The notes: generated by a model not told the origin, from the sequence alone. Shown: positions 29,163-39,278, counted from the first letter of the stretch. The stretch: 64,000 nucleotides of DNA from Calditrichia bacterium (GCA_028284445.1 JANQRS010000011.1:128321-192320); one strand, 5' to 3'. Translations and numbers: made by a program.

Positions 29163-30080
29163 TTGCCCATAGCAAAGCCCACTCCGCTGGAAACTCAGAT
29201 GTCAGATTGTCATCAGGAAACTTTCCATATAGACTGCGCCGGCGCAAGAATATTCGTTGCTCGCTGGCAGCCCCGCATATCACACTCCACTATTCCTGTT
29301 GTTCTACTTCATGATTCCCTAGGGTGCGTAAGAACCTGGCGAAAATTTCCGCAAGCGCTGGCGCTTTCTCTCAGTCGTCCGGTAATCACCTATGACCGCC
29401 CGGGCTTCGGCCAATCTGACCAGCGCTTTGATACGCTGCCAAATGATTTTGTGGAAGAAGAGGCACGAAGCACGTTTCCTGCTTTTTGCCAGGCGCTCGA
29501 TCTGACGCAGGTGGTTCTTTTTGGGCACAGTGTTGGTGGTGGCATGGCCGTAGCCATAGCAGCTGCAAATACCGGAAGCGATTTATGCCATGCTGTCATC
29601 ACCGAATCAGCACAGGCATTTGTTGAAGAACGAACCCTTGAGGGAATTCGCGCTGCCAAAGCGCGTTTTCGAGATCCGGAGAAATTCGCGAAGCTTGAAA
29701 AATATCATGGAAAGAAAGCGCAATGGGTATTGAATGCCTGGACAGAGACCTGGCTCTCTCCTGAGTTCGCTGACTGGCAACTCGAGCCACTCTTGGAAAA
29801 AGTGCATTGTCCGTTATTGGCAATTCATGGAGACCAGGATGAATTTGGCTCCCTGGATTTTCCAAAGCGAATTTCTGATAATGTCCCCGGCCCAAGCGAA
29901 ATGAAAGTGCTGGCTGGCGTTGGGCATATTCCACATCGCGAGGATCCGGACGAGGTTATAAGCATCGTTGATTCTTTTCTGAAGCGTCATGAAATTGCAA
30001 GGCCGCAATCAAAATCGGAAGCAAAGGATGAGAAAGGGCAAATACTTGTTGGCAGGGATGTGGCAAATAGACCTCTGTGA
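29163..30080 (+). CDS. alpha/beta hydrolase
   Basis: GHSVGGGMA nucleophile elbow and downstream Asp/His. An alternative ATG start lies at 29199. Confidence 0.7.
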   Translation: MPIAKPTPLETQMSDCHQETFHIDCAGARIFVARWQPRISHSTIPVVLLHDSLGCVRTWRKFPQALALSLSRPVITYDRPGFGQSDQRFDTLPNDFVEEEARSTFPAFCQALDLTQVVLFGHSVGGGMAVAIAAANTGSDLCHAVITESAQAFVEERTLEGIRAAKARFRDPEKFAKLEKYHGKKAQWVLNAWTETWLSPEFADWQLEPLLEKVHCPLLAIHGDQDEFGSLDFPKRISDNVPGPSEMKVLAGVGHIPHREDPDEVISIVDSFLKRHEIARPQSKSEAKDEKGQILVGRDVANRPL

Positions 30081-30206
30081 CTTAAATCTATTCCTTTCTA
30101 TTACGAAGTTTTCTACATTTGTGTAGCAGCTTGTTTTTGAGACGGGTTTTGGTTGTTGGGTCGCAAAATTAGCATGTAATTGGCACTAACACTCCTGAAT
30201 AAGATG

Positions 30207-30518
30207 ACAACAATGAGGCATTTAATGTACGGCATTATTGGTCAAATAAAGGCAACTGAAGGAAATCGAGACAAGTTGATTGAAATCCTTCTCAATGGCA
30301 CGAGGGAAATGCCCGGGTGCAAATTGTATGCGATATCTGCGGCAACAACGGATGACACAACAATCTGGGTGACTGAAATTTGGGACTCGGAAGCGTCTCA
30401 TCAAGCTTCGTTGAGCTTGCCGGTAGTTCAGGCGGCCATTGCCGAAGGAAGACCGATGATTGCAGGTTTTGGAGAGCGGCATATTGTGGCACCAGCCGGT
30501 GGTGTTGGGATTGCCTAA
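30207..30518 (+). CDS. antibiotic-biosynthesis-monooxygenase (ABM/YgiN-like) domain protein
   Basis: About 100 aa ferredoxin-like ABM pattern. Confidence 0.55.
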   Translation, partial: TTMRHLMYGIIGQIKATEGNRDKLIEILLNGTREMPGCKLYAISAATTDDTTIWVTEIWDSEASHQASLSLPVVQAAIAEGRPMIAGFGERHIVAPAGGVGIA

Positions 30519-30680
30519 ATGACGCGACTGCAGATCATCGATACCTACTGCGCGGCATGGAATGAGGTCCATGTGCAGCAGCGGAAGGATTTACTGACGC
30601 GGTGTTGGGCCGTTGATGCACGATATTGTGACCCTAACACCGACTTGATTGGTCAGGACGCTCTTCGGTTTTTTTGATTA
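30519..30680 (+). pseudogene. truncated SnoaL/NTF2-like gene fragment
   Basis: 53-codon ORF (IIDTYCAAWNE...RCWAVDARYCDPN) resembling the N-terminus of SnoaL-like NTF2-fold proteins. It ends prematurely. Confidence 0.35.
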
Positions 30681-30729
30681 GCGCCCTTTGGGCAAGAATC
30701 ACTATTTCATAAAAAGAGGATGTTGCAAG

Positions 30730-31134
30730 GTGGATAAATCCGTGCAGGAGAAGTTTGACGCGTTTCCAGCTGACGCTCGTCAAAGGCTGATGGAAATTCG
30801 TGATTTGATTTATGCACTTGCTGAGCGCGAGAATCTTGGCGACGTGCATGAAACCCTCAAATGGGGCGAACCCAGCTACCTGGTAAAGCGCGGCAGTACG
30901 GTTCGCATTGCCTGGAAAACTAAACATCCGAGTGCCGTATCGGTCTTCGTTAATTGCAATACTATTCTCGTAGAAACCTTCAGAGAGCTCTTTCCGGACT
31001 CACTGGAGTTTGTTGGCAATCGTGAAATCCGCCTTCCCATATCCAGGCCGATCCCGAGCAAGGACCTGGAAGCCTGCATTCTGCTTGCATTGCGCTATCA
31101 CGATCTCAAGCATTTACCAATGCTCGGCGTTTGA
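30730..31134 (+). CDS. DUF1801 (YdhG-like) domain protein
   Basis: Pattern EIRDLIYALA...LKWGEPSY. GTG 30730 sits 10 nt after an AAGAGGA RBS. Confidence 0.55.
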   Translation: MDKSVQEKFDAFPADARQRLMEIRDLIYALAERENLGDVHETLKWGEPSYLVKRGSTVRIAWKTKHPSAVSVFVNCNTILVETFRELFPDSLEFVGNREIRLPISRPIPSKDLEACILLALRYHDLKHLPMLGV

Positions 31135-31163
31135 TTTTCCGTTCGTGGAACGGTGGAGATATA

Positions 31164-31541
31164 ATGAACTTTCGAAAGCATATATTGTGGGTAGATAGTA
31201 TAGGTGGTTTGTTAGTAGGCGCCTTGATGCTAATTTTCCACTCATGGTTGAGTGAGTTTTACGGACTGCCGGTTTGGCTGGTTGTTTTTGTTGGGACGGT
31301 GAACATGCTCTACGGAACTTACTCGTTTACGGTGGCTCGAATGGCGGTGCGGCCGGTTTGGCGCATTGTTCTGCTTGCGGTTGCCAATTTCAGTTGGACG
31401 ATCAATTGTATGATCATGGCGCTCATCTTTATGAATTCTGCAACTATATTTGGAATGATACACATTGTTGGAGAAGGACTTTACGTCGGGGTTTTGGCCT
31501 ATTTTGAATGGACCTGGTGTGAAGAGTTGGTGGAAGCTTAA
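31164..31541 (+). CDS. hypothetical membrane protein (4 TM)
   Basis: Hydrophobic helices. GGTGGAG RBS before ATG 31164. Confidence 0.4.
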   Translation: MNFRKHILWVDSIGGLLVGALMLIFHSWLSEFYGLPVWLVVFVGTVNMLYGTYSFTVARMAVRPVWRIVLLAVANFSWTINCMIMALIFMNSATIFGMIHIVGEGLYVGVLAYFEWTWCEELVEA

Positions 31542-31558
31542 CGATACAACGTGGGGGA

Positions 31559-32203
31559 ATGATGGAAGAAACTGGCACGTTTAATAACACTTCCGGACAG
31601 GGTGAACAGACAACTTTGCCGCCGGAACTGGCTGGATGGAACTGGGGAGCCTTCTTGCTAAATTGGATATGGGGAATTGGAAATAATTCGTTTTTGACTT
31701 TCTTGATGTTTGTACCATGTGTCAATATCGTTGTCCCCTTCATCTGTGGCGCCAAAGGCAATGAGTGGGCCTGGAAAAATAAGCGTTGGGAGTCAATCGA
31801 GGAATTCCGACGTATCCAGAAAAAATGGGCCATGGCCGGCTTGATTATCATTGCAGCGGCAATTGTCTTGATATGCGTTTTTATAGTGGCAATGATGGCA
31901 ATGTTCAAACAGAGCGTTGCTTATGAAATGTCATTCGAAAGAGCGGTAAACCACCCGCTGGTTATTGAGCAGTTGGGCACCCCCATCGAGGATGGGTTCT
32001 TCATGACCGGCAATATCAGCGTTAATGGTCCAAGCGGCGAAGCGAATATCTCTTTCCCCATTTCCGGACCAAATGGCAGCGCAACAGTTTATAGCTATGC
32101 CGAGAAACATTTAGGAGAATGGGAAATTCTCGAAATGCTGGTAGAGATAGATGCGACGGGTGAAAGAATTCAAATTGTGCCGGATGAATCAAATGAAAGC
32201 TAA
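31559..32203 (+). CDS. membrane protein with C-terminal Coa1-like (cytochrome oxidase assembly factor 1 family) domain
   Basis: N-terminal W/G-rich TM region. The C-terminal segment (AVNHPLVIEQLGTPIEDGFFMTGNISVNGPSGEANISFPISGPNGSATVYSYAEKHLGEWE) resembles the bacterial Coa1/PF08695 family. Confidence 0.45.
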   Translation: MMEETGTFNNTSGQGEQTTLPPELAGWNWGAFLLNWIWGIGNNSFLTFLMFVPCVNIVVPFICGAKGNEWAWKNKRWESIEEFRRIQKKWAMAGLIIIAAAIVLICVFIVAMMAMFKQSVAYEMSFERAVNHPLVIEQLGTPIEDGFFMTGNISVNGPSGEANISFPISGPNGSATVYSYAEKHLGEWEILEMLVEIDATGERIQIVPDESNES

Positions 32204-33638
32204 TCATTCATCTTTGCCGTTGATGACGTTATTACTGGTGATAGTCTCTGCACTGTCGCAAGCATTGGCTGCAGAGGAGCGAATCAGTCTTGGTGATGAA
32301 GCGCCGGGGGCATTGCTCGGCGTATGGCAGCAGGTAGGAGACGGACGTTATTTAGAAGTCTCGACAGATAAAGCAAACTTTTATCACTACACAAAAAGCA
32401 TCTGCTATATCGACTCTGCGGCTTCCGGGAAACCGCTTGCGGCCTCATACGCGCTCTTTGAGCTGTCTGACAATGGACAGGAACTCAAGCTCTGGAAATG
32501 GAATTTTGGCGAGCGATGTGAACAACAATACTTCGAACGTTTTCTGCGTGCTCAATCTTTGCCGTCGGGCACTGTTTCAAATACTCGCGATGATCAACGA
32601 TTTGACGACTCTCGCTTCTTGTTGCATTTGATAGTTGAACAATTTGACGAACACTACCCGCATTTTGGTCGTCGTACCTTTGATTGGCAGCAACGAAAAG
32701 AAACTGCCGTGTCCGGTTTTAAAGAAGATGCATCAGCGGAAACACTATTCAATACAGTCAGAGATATGATACAGGGGCTCGGAGACAGTCACACTCGGTT
32801 TTTCTCTCGACAAACAAAGCAGTCTTTCAAATCGGGACAGGCGCAACTGCTGGATTATCTTGACAAAGAGTTTGCCCGGCAGGATTCAGTCACCAATGTA
32901 GGTTCTTTTCGCGGTGCCTGGCACGGGAAGCAACATGCCGGCATCACGCCGCTTCTAAGAGATAACACCATTCAACGAGCCATCAATGGGCGGTTTCGTT
33001 GGGGGATTCTTGAGGGGAACATCGGCTACCTGGAAAACGATCTTCTAACGGCTTTTAGTCCATCAGGCACGCCCCGTGAGCAAGAATTGCCGATGCTGGA
33101 AGAGGGGCTGGATAGTCTGATGGTAAAACTGGCAAATTGCGACGCCATTCTTCTCGATCTTTCGTTCAACCAGGGAGGATATGACCCAGCAGCGTTGATG
33201 ATTGCCGCCCGCTTTGCAGACAGGCGCAGGCTCGTCTTCACGCGACATACGCCCGGCTATCCAGCAGGTCAGGTAGACAGCTTCTTTGTCTCACCCCGCG
33301 GACCGATTCAATTCATCCGGCCTGTTTATGTTTTAGCTAGCAATGCAACCGTCAGTGCAGGAGAGTCCCTGGCTGCCATGCTCAAGGCTTTCCCGCATGT
33401 GACGCAATTGGGCGAGCCCACCCGCGGCTGCTTGTCGAGTTTCCTAAACAAGCCAATTCCACCGTATTTTCACTTAACCATGGCAAATGAAGTCTATACC
33501 GGCCCCAATGGGGACATATGGGAAGGTGGCGGCGTAGAGCCGGATATCGCTTTTGATGTATTCACAGAGGATGATATATTTGGTAGCTATCCACAGGCGT
33601 TGAAGAAAGCAGCTGATATCATTTTGAAACGACAGTAA
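32185..33638 (+). CDS. S41 family peptidase
   Basis: Signal peptide. S41 core with the catalytic Ser context (ASNATVSAGESLA) and Lys region. Overlaps the upstream gene by 19 nt. Confidence 0.7.
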
Positions 33639-33668
33639 CCATATTCATCACACAAGGAAGAGAAACCC

Positions 33669-35081
33669 ATGATTAATCGGTTGATACTACTTCTGTTAAC
33701 ACTTCTATTTGTATCGCAGCTATACGGGCGGGATACTGAATCCGCACCATCACCTATTGTTTTTATTTATGATGCCAGCGGCTCGATGTGGGGCGATTTA
33801 CAGGGTAAGACTAAGATGCAAATCGCCGCCAAAGTGATGTCCAAAACCGTCAATGCCTTGCCTGAAAATCAGCGGGTTGGTTTTGTTGCCTATGGGCATC
33901 GCCAAAAAGGAGACTGCGAGGACGTTGAATTCATGATTGATATCAACAATGCAGCGAAGGAAAATGTTACCACAGCCGTAGCCGGTATAAAACCACTGGG
34001 TAAAACACCCCTGGCATATTCTGCTATTCAAGTCATCAACAAGTTGCGAGAAACGAAACAAAAAGCGACCATTATCCTGATGACCGACGGCATCGAATCC
34101 TGCGGTGGCAATATCTGTGAGGTCATAAGGGCGGCAAAGGCAGAAGGCATCGACTTCAAGTTGCACATCATCGGCTTTGGCCTGAAAGATGGGGAAACCG
34201 ATCAGCTGGAGTGTGCAGCCAAAGAGGGTGACGGCAATTATTACGATGCTGATGATACTGCTGGGTTGTCCGGCGCACTGGAAGAGGCGACGGCTTCGAC
34301 CGTCGATGATCCGGATGGAAACTTCTCGGTGTATACAGTGAAAAACGGTCAACCGGTTGACGCTTTTGTTCGGGCCTTTACAGCAGGAACAGACGACATG
34401 GTCGACACCAGGAGAACCTATGGGGACAGTGCCTGGCTTTACCTGCCGGCGGGAAAATATGACCTCGTGGTTCGGGCGCTGGAAAACAGCGACGTCGCCG
34501 GCATCAAAATTTCGGGTGTTGAAAGCTATGCGGACAAAAAGGGACATCAGACTGTGAGCTTTGATGCTGGCAAGATCAAGATAATGGCCTCCAACAATGA
34601 CGAAGCGTGGGATGCCGTGATTAACGTCTTCTCGAGCGCTGACGGCAAACGCGTGGCAGGTGGTCGGACCTATTCCAAAGCGGTAGAGATCGAATTAAAT
34701 CCCGGAAGCTACGAAGTTGAGCTGAAACCCTTGAAAGTTGAGGGCCTTAATGTCAATCGACGATTCAAGGATATAGAAGTCTCGGCCGGTCAGATAGCTG
34801 AGGTGACGCATAATTTCAAGAGCGGCATTGCCATGATCGGCGCAAACAGCTCTGATGGACTTGTCGACGCGACCGTCCGCATCATCGACACCAGTGCCGG
34901 GAAGGCGGTTGCCAATGGCCGGACCTATACCAGCGAAAGCAACAATCCCAGGAAATTTATTCTGCAGCCTGGCACTTATGAAGTCAGGTTGAAGGCTCTG
35001 GGAGCGCACAAAGGCAAGACAGCGACATTAACAATGGAAGTGAAGGCAGGAGAGCAAAACACACAAATTACGACGTTTTGA
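33669..35081 (+). CDS. secreted von Willebrand factor type A (vWA) domain protein with C-terminal beta-rich repeats
   Basis: Signal peptide. MIDAS motif DASGSM and T/D ligands (ILMTDG). Three repeated about 60 aa segments in the C-terminal half. Confidence 0.7.
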   Translation: MINRLILLLLTLLFVSQLYGRDTESAPSPIVFIYDASGSMWGDLQGKTKMQIAAKVMSKTVNALPENQRVGFVAYGHRQKGDCEDVEFMIDINNAAKENVTTAVAGIKPLGKTPLAYSAIQVINKLRETKQKATIILMTDGIESCGGNICEVIRAAKAEGIDFKLHIIGFGLKDGETDQLECAAKEGDGNYYDADDTAGLSGALEEATASTVDDPDGNFSVYTVKNGQPVDAFVRAFTAGTDDMVDTRRTYGDSAWLYLPAGKYDLVVRALENSDVAGIKISGVESYADKKGHQTVSFDAGKIKIMASNNDEAWDAVINVFSSADGKRVAGGRTYSKAVEIELNPGSYEVELKPLKVEGLNVNRRFKDIEVSAGQIAEVTHNFKSGIAMIGANSSDGLVDATVRIIDTSAGKAVANGRTYTSESNNPRKFILQPGTYEVRLKALGAHKGKTATLTMEVKAGEQNTQITTF

Positions 35082-35542
35082 ACAAACTGAGCGTCAAGAA
35101 AGGCCAAATAATCCAGCGCAAGGGCGTACTGGACAGCAAAATCTATTATGTACTGGACGGGCTCTTGCGAAGTTATGCGCTGGATGAAAAAGGGAAAGAA
35201 TATATTTTCCAGTTTGCGCCTGAGGGTTGGACGATCGCAGATACTCTGTCCCCGACGGAGCCCTGCCAGCTTTTTATCGATGCGTTGGAAGATTCTCTTA
35301 TCGTGCAACGCGACAAAGATCCGGCGACAGAAGCCGAGCCGGAAAAATTGCTTAAACGCCTCGGTGTTCTTCAGCAACGCGTCATTATGCTGATGAGCGC
35401 TCCGGCGATAGAACGATACGAGCACTTCATCCAAACATATCCGGATATTGCACAACGCATTCCGCAAAGGATGATTGCGTCCTACCTAGGGATAACGCCG
35501 GAAGCCTTGAGCAAGGTCAAGAGGGAGAGGTTCGAAAAGTAG
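35078..35542 (+). CDS. short Crp/Fnr-like regulator
   Basis: Partial cNMP-binding roll plus C-terminal HTH (MIASYLGITPEALSKVKRE). TTG start overlaps the vWA stop (TTGA). Only 154 aa, so it may be N-terminally truncated. Confidence 0.5.
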   Translation: MNKLSVKKGQIIQRKGVLDSKIYYVLDGLLRSYALDEKGKEYIFQFAPEGWTIADTLSPTEPCQLFIDALEDSLIVQRDKDPATEAEPEKLLKRLGVLQQRVIMLMSAPAIERYEHFIQTYPDIAQRIPQRMIASYLGITPEALSKVKRERFEK

Positions 35543-35631
35543 CGGAAGTGCGCCTATTTCTTAATCTGGATTAATGCCGAAAAATTCGTGCTTGCATATA
35601 TTCCCAGCAACATCAAAACAAAGGGGATGTC

Positions 35632-36099
35632 ATGCAAAAATATAGTGCTTTTTTGAAAATCGCAGCGGTGTTGTGGGTTGTTTGGGGATTGGTTCATGTG
35701 TTGGCAGGTGTCATGACGATGCGCGGACCGCTGGCTGGTGATATTAGCGCTGCTGTTATCGGGATAGCAGATGCCGTCGATCCGTCCACGCTCCGAATGG
35801 ATTATCCAGCTGCCGCTGGCGCAATTCTCGGACAACATGGATTTAATTTGTTCTGGATAGGTCTGGTAACATTTATTTCTGCCTTCTATATTTGGAAAGG
35901 AAATAGAAATGCCATCTATCTTGCTGCCATCACCGGTGGATTGGCTGACGTCGGCTATTTTCTCTTCATGGACCTTGGCGGATACGTGAATTTCATGCCG
36001 GGCACTTTGATGACTATCGTTTCTGCTTCCGCAATTATCCTCAGCTTTTATGCGGTATTTGCCGGGACTAAAAAGCGGTCCGGGATTGCGAGTGGTTAA
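35632..36099 (+). CDS. hypothetical membrane protein (4 TM)
   Basis: Good RBS (AAAGGGGA). Hydrophobic helices. Confidence 0.4.
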   Translation: MQKYSAFLKIAAVLWVVWGLVHVLAGVMTMRGPLAGDISAAVIGIADAVDPSTLRMDYPAAAGAILGQHGFNLFWIGLVTFISAFYIWKGNRNAIYLAAITGGLADVGYFLFMDLGGYVNFMPGTLMTIVSASAIILSFYAVFAGTKKRSGIASG

Positions 36100-36122
36100 T
36101 ATTTAAGATTACGGAGTAACCC

Positions 36123-37112
36123 TTGATCATCATCGTCCTGATAGCAGGTGCCTTTCTTGCCTATGGTTTCTACCTGGTGCATTTGATACCGCTGGGACTT
36201 TACGGTAAGCTTGCTGAATATATTGATGTCAGAACCGGATACTCTACCTGCCAGGCTTGCGGAAGGAGCAACGTGAACCTGGATATTGTCGGTCAGAAAC
36301 TGGCCCGAGTCGAGACGCGTCGCATAAAGGTACTGGTTCGGGAAGACAAAGATTGGGTGCCTTGCTCTGCATGCGGAGGAGAGGGCATTCTTGGCCGAAA
36401 CACCTCAGAACAGAGCCCCGCGCATTTAGGAGGTGAACGGGCGGTTGTTAGGACATTTGCCTGCGAAAGGTGCAACGGACGCGGCGGCAGCGAAGAGGTG
36501 GTGCACCGGGAATGGGAGGAACGTGAAAAAAAGGTCAGAATTAACCACTATACCATCCGCTGTTCCTCATGCAAACAATCATTCGTACGCACCCAGGAAA
36601 AACGTCCGGAAATAGAAACGTCGAAGCGGACTTTTCTGGCAATCGCTATTCAGGATGGCCTGATGACCGGAATGGTTTCTGGTATGCTGGTAGCTATCGT
36701 ATGGTATCTCTACTGGGGAATCGATAAACTAATCCGTAATTGGTCGACGATCGAAGGTGCTACCGATTGGATTACCGCTATCGATGCCTTCCTGATTGTC
36801 GCGATTCTATCCGTGTTGGGCGGATTGGTAATAGGCGGACTTTGGGGTAGCATGGTGACGCTGGCTGCGCCAATCCTTGCCCAATTCCTAAACACTAATT
36901 CATATTTTTATTCAGCTATTAACGGCGCGGTCTCGCTTGTGATGCTCTTTGCTTTTCTGGATTTCATGTTTGAAGATTTTGCGATGGCATCGTACAATAA
37001 GCAAACCTCGGGATATGTGCTGGCCTATTTTTTGACGGGCGTTATAGGTGCCGTAATTTTTTGCGGCGGTAAATTCCTGAGTGATTTACTGGAGAGATAC
37101 GCAATTCGCTGA
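36123..37112 (+). CDS. polytopic membrane protein with DnaJ-type zinc-finger (4x CxxC) domain
   Basis: N-terminal TM. About 150 aa soluble domain with CQACG, CSACGGEG, CERCNGRG, CSSCKQS (two CxxCxGxG units). Then four TM helices. Confidence 0.5.
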   Translation: MIIIVLIAGAFLAYGFYLVHLIPLGLYGKLAEYIDVRTGYSTCQACGRSNVNLDIVGQKLARVETRRIKVLVREDKDWVPCSACGGEGILGRNTSEQSPAHLGGERAVVRTFACERCNGRGGSEEVVHREWEEREKKVRINHYTIRCSSCKQSFVRTQEKRPEIETSKRTFLAIAIQDGLMTGMVSGMLVAIVWYLYWGIDKLIRNWSTIEGATDWITAIDAFLIVAILSVLGGLVIGGLWGSMVTLAAPILAQFLNTNSYFYSAINGAVSLVMLFAFLDFMFEDFAMASYNKQTSGYVLAYFLTGVIGAVIFCGGKFLSDLLERYAIR

Positions 37113-37189
37113 GTGATGCTTCTGACTTTTTGCTGTAATACAGCAGCTTTCAATACATTATCGAGAGCAGGAGGATAAACACGCAAGTT

Positions 37190-37819
37190 ATGACTTATAA
37201 TTCAAACAGAGCTATAACAGCCGGTTTTTATAAAAGCCTGGTCATATTAATCCTTCTGGTCGTTTCTTGTGCAGATTCTAATTCGTTTGAACTTGACCAA
37301 CCGGACTATTTGCCTCTCAAGGTCGGCAACTGGTGGGAGTATACGTTTTACGAACTGAATGAAAACCGACTCGACGTCGTTTGTCGTGTTGCTTCAGGCC
37401 AGGCTGTCATAGAAGTCTTATCTTTTGAAGATATAGGCAGTTCGCGGCATTACGACATTCAGCTTATCAAATCCGGAACAGTGATCGACGAACGCCTTGT
37501 TAATGTTGGACTCCCAGATCCTCAGGTTGTCGTGGATACAACAGCCATCGATCTGACAACAACGCTTGTGTTTGTTCAGAATAGTCAAAACATTGTTACG
37601 AGTATTGGCAATGCTGACTTTTTCGATTTTATGGCGCCCAGGTATCGCGAATCAGATGAGTCTTCCGTTCGGATATTCCAGGACGAACTCAGGCAGTGCT
37701 GTTACTACCTTGAACTGGAAAAAGACGTTGGTATCTTCAATTACGTCAACAATGAAAGCTCAAATTCTTCAGCATTTAGCTATCGATGGACTTTGCAGGC
37801 CTCAAATCTCGACAATTGA
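37190..37819 (+). CDS. hypothetical lipoprotein
   Basis: Signal peptide with lipobox (VVSCAD). No domain recognised. Confidence 0.4.
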   Translation: MTYNSNRAITAGFYKSLVILILLVVSCADSNSFELDQPDYLPLKVGNWWEYTFYELNENRLDVVCRVASGQAVIEVLSFEDIGSSRHYDIQLIKSGTVIDERLVNVGLPDPQVVVDTTAIDLTTTLVFVQNSQNIVTSIGNADFFDFMAPRYRESDESSVRIFQDELRQCCYYLELEKDVGIFNYVNNESSNSSAFSYRWTLQASNLDN

Positions 37820-37842
37820 TGTAATTCATAGAAGGAGGATTT

Positions 37843-38079
37843 ATGCTTGCAGCAATATGGAACTTTACTCGCCGATTGACGCTTTGGCTGGCTGTTTACT
37901 CACTGGTATATTTTGCTTACCGGCAAACGCATATCGAGGTGTGGCCGCGAGACCGTCAACCCTATGTCATCTTCGAATCCGAAATTCCCTATTACATTTT
38001 TCGACCGGCCAGCTATGTTGACGCCCACTTAACCGGTATGCGTTTTCACATTGGTCCGCATCGGGATGATCGCAGATAA
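37843..38079 (+). CDS. small hypothetical membrane protein
   Basis: 78 aa, one TM. GGAGGA RBS. Confidence 0.3.
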   Translation: MLAAIWNFTRRLTLWLAVYSLVYFAYRQTHIEVWPRDRQPYVIFESEIPYYIFRPASYVDAHLTGMRFHIGPHRDDRR

Positions 38080-38157
38080 AGCCTGATTGCTTGTTCGTTA
38101 CTGAGATGAGCAATAAAAAGTATTGTAACCGGCCACACTTCCTTTCTACATTCAGGC

Positions 38158-39216
38158 ATGATAAATCACTTTGAACTTGGACTATACACCTTTGCCGAAT
38201 TAACAGCAGATGCGGCAACAGGTGAAAAGATAAGTCCGGCCAAGCGCCTTGAATATTTCATTGAGCGTGTTGAGTTGGCGGAGCAGGTCGGCCTCGACAT
38301 TATCGGTTTAGGTGAGCATCATCGTCCTGATTTTGTTTCCTCTGCGCCGGAAGTAGTTCTGGCCGCTGCAGCCGCCCGTACAAATTCAATTCGCCTAAGC
38401 TCAGCAGTAACGGTGCTTAGCTCAGATGATCCTGTGCGCGTTTTCCAGCGCTTCGCCACCCTGGACTTGATTTCCAGGGGCCGCGCCGAGATCATGGCAG
38501 GCAGGGGATCCTTTATTGAATCGTTCCCGCTTTTCGGGTATGATTTGGGTGACTACAACGAGCTATTCTCTGAAAAGCTGGATTTACTGTTGCGGTTAAG
38601 AGAATCAGAGAAGATTAGCTGGACAGGCAATAAACGTCCGTCACTGGATGGACAGGGCGTTTATCCACGTCCGCTTCAGGATCCGCTGCCGATTTGGATC
38701 GCAGTCGGCGGCACCCCGCAATCGGTGGTGCGGGCTGCAAAGCTTGGTTTGCCGATGGCCCTGGCAATTATTGGCGGCATTCCTGAACAATTCGGGCCGT
38801 TGGTTGAGCTCTATCGCCAGGCTGCCGCTGATGCCGGACATGATCCGACCGCGCTGCCGATAAGCGTTAATTCACATGGTTTCATTGCTGAAGATCGCCA
38901 GCAGGCACTGGACTTTTCGTTCCCATATTTTGAACAGATGATGAACAAAATCGGTCGCGAACGGGGTTGGCCGCCGATGACCCGCACCCAATTTAATGGT
39001 GGAGCTGCATTGCGCGGCGCAAACTTCATCGGTACGCCGGACGATGTTATTGAGAAAATCCTGATGCAGCACGAGATTTTTGGACATCAGCGCTTCCTGA
39101 TGATGATGGGCGTTGGCACCATGCCGCATAAAGATGTCATGCATGCTATCGAGCTTTTCGGCACCAAAGTGGCGCCGGTCGTGCGGAAGGAAATTGCGAA
39201 GCGCAACGCGAAGTAA
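38158..39216 (+). CDS. LLM-class flavin-dependent oxidoreductase (luciferase-like monooxygenase)
   Basis: TIM-barrel LLM signature (GLGEHH, LDLIS.GR.E...G). Confidence 0.8.
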   Translation: MINHFELGLYTFAELTADAATGEKISPAKRLEYFIERVELAEQVGLDIIGLGEHHRPDFVSSAPEVVLAAAAARTNSIRLSSAVTVLSSDDPVRVFQRFATLDLISRGRAEIMAGRGSFIESFPLFGYDLGDYNELFSEKLDLLLRLRESEKISWTGNKRPSLDGQGVYPRPLQDPLPIWIAVGGTPQSVVRAAKLGLPMALAIIGGIPEQFGPLVELYRQAAADAGHDPTALPISVNSHGFIAEDRQQALDFSFPYFEQMMNKIGRERGWPPMTRTQFNGGAALRGANFIGTPDDVIEKILMQHEIFGHQRFLMMMGVGTMPHKDVMHAIELFGTKVAPVVRKEIAKRNAK

Positions 39217-39278
39217 GTGTTTGGCAGCTTCAAACTTGCTGTCTGTCTGTTGGAATTTTTCTTCTTGGAATCTTGCTG

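Noticed and set aside
30081-30180. Short hairpin CTACA-TTTG-TGTAG followed by a T-run, as a candidate terminator after the alpha/beta hydrolase gene
   Set aside because: The stem is only 5 bp and AT-rich. Too weak to call.
33798-34547. 249 aa ORF on the minus strand
   Set aside because: Antisense to the vWA gene, which has intact MIDAS motifs. No start context. Shadow ORF.
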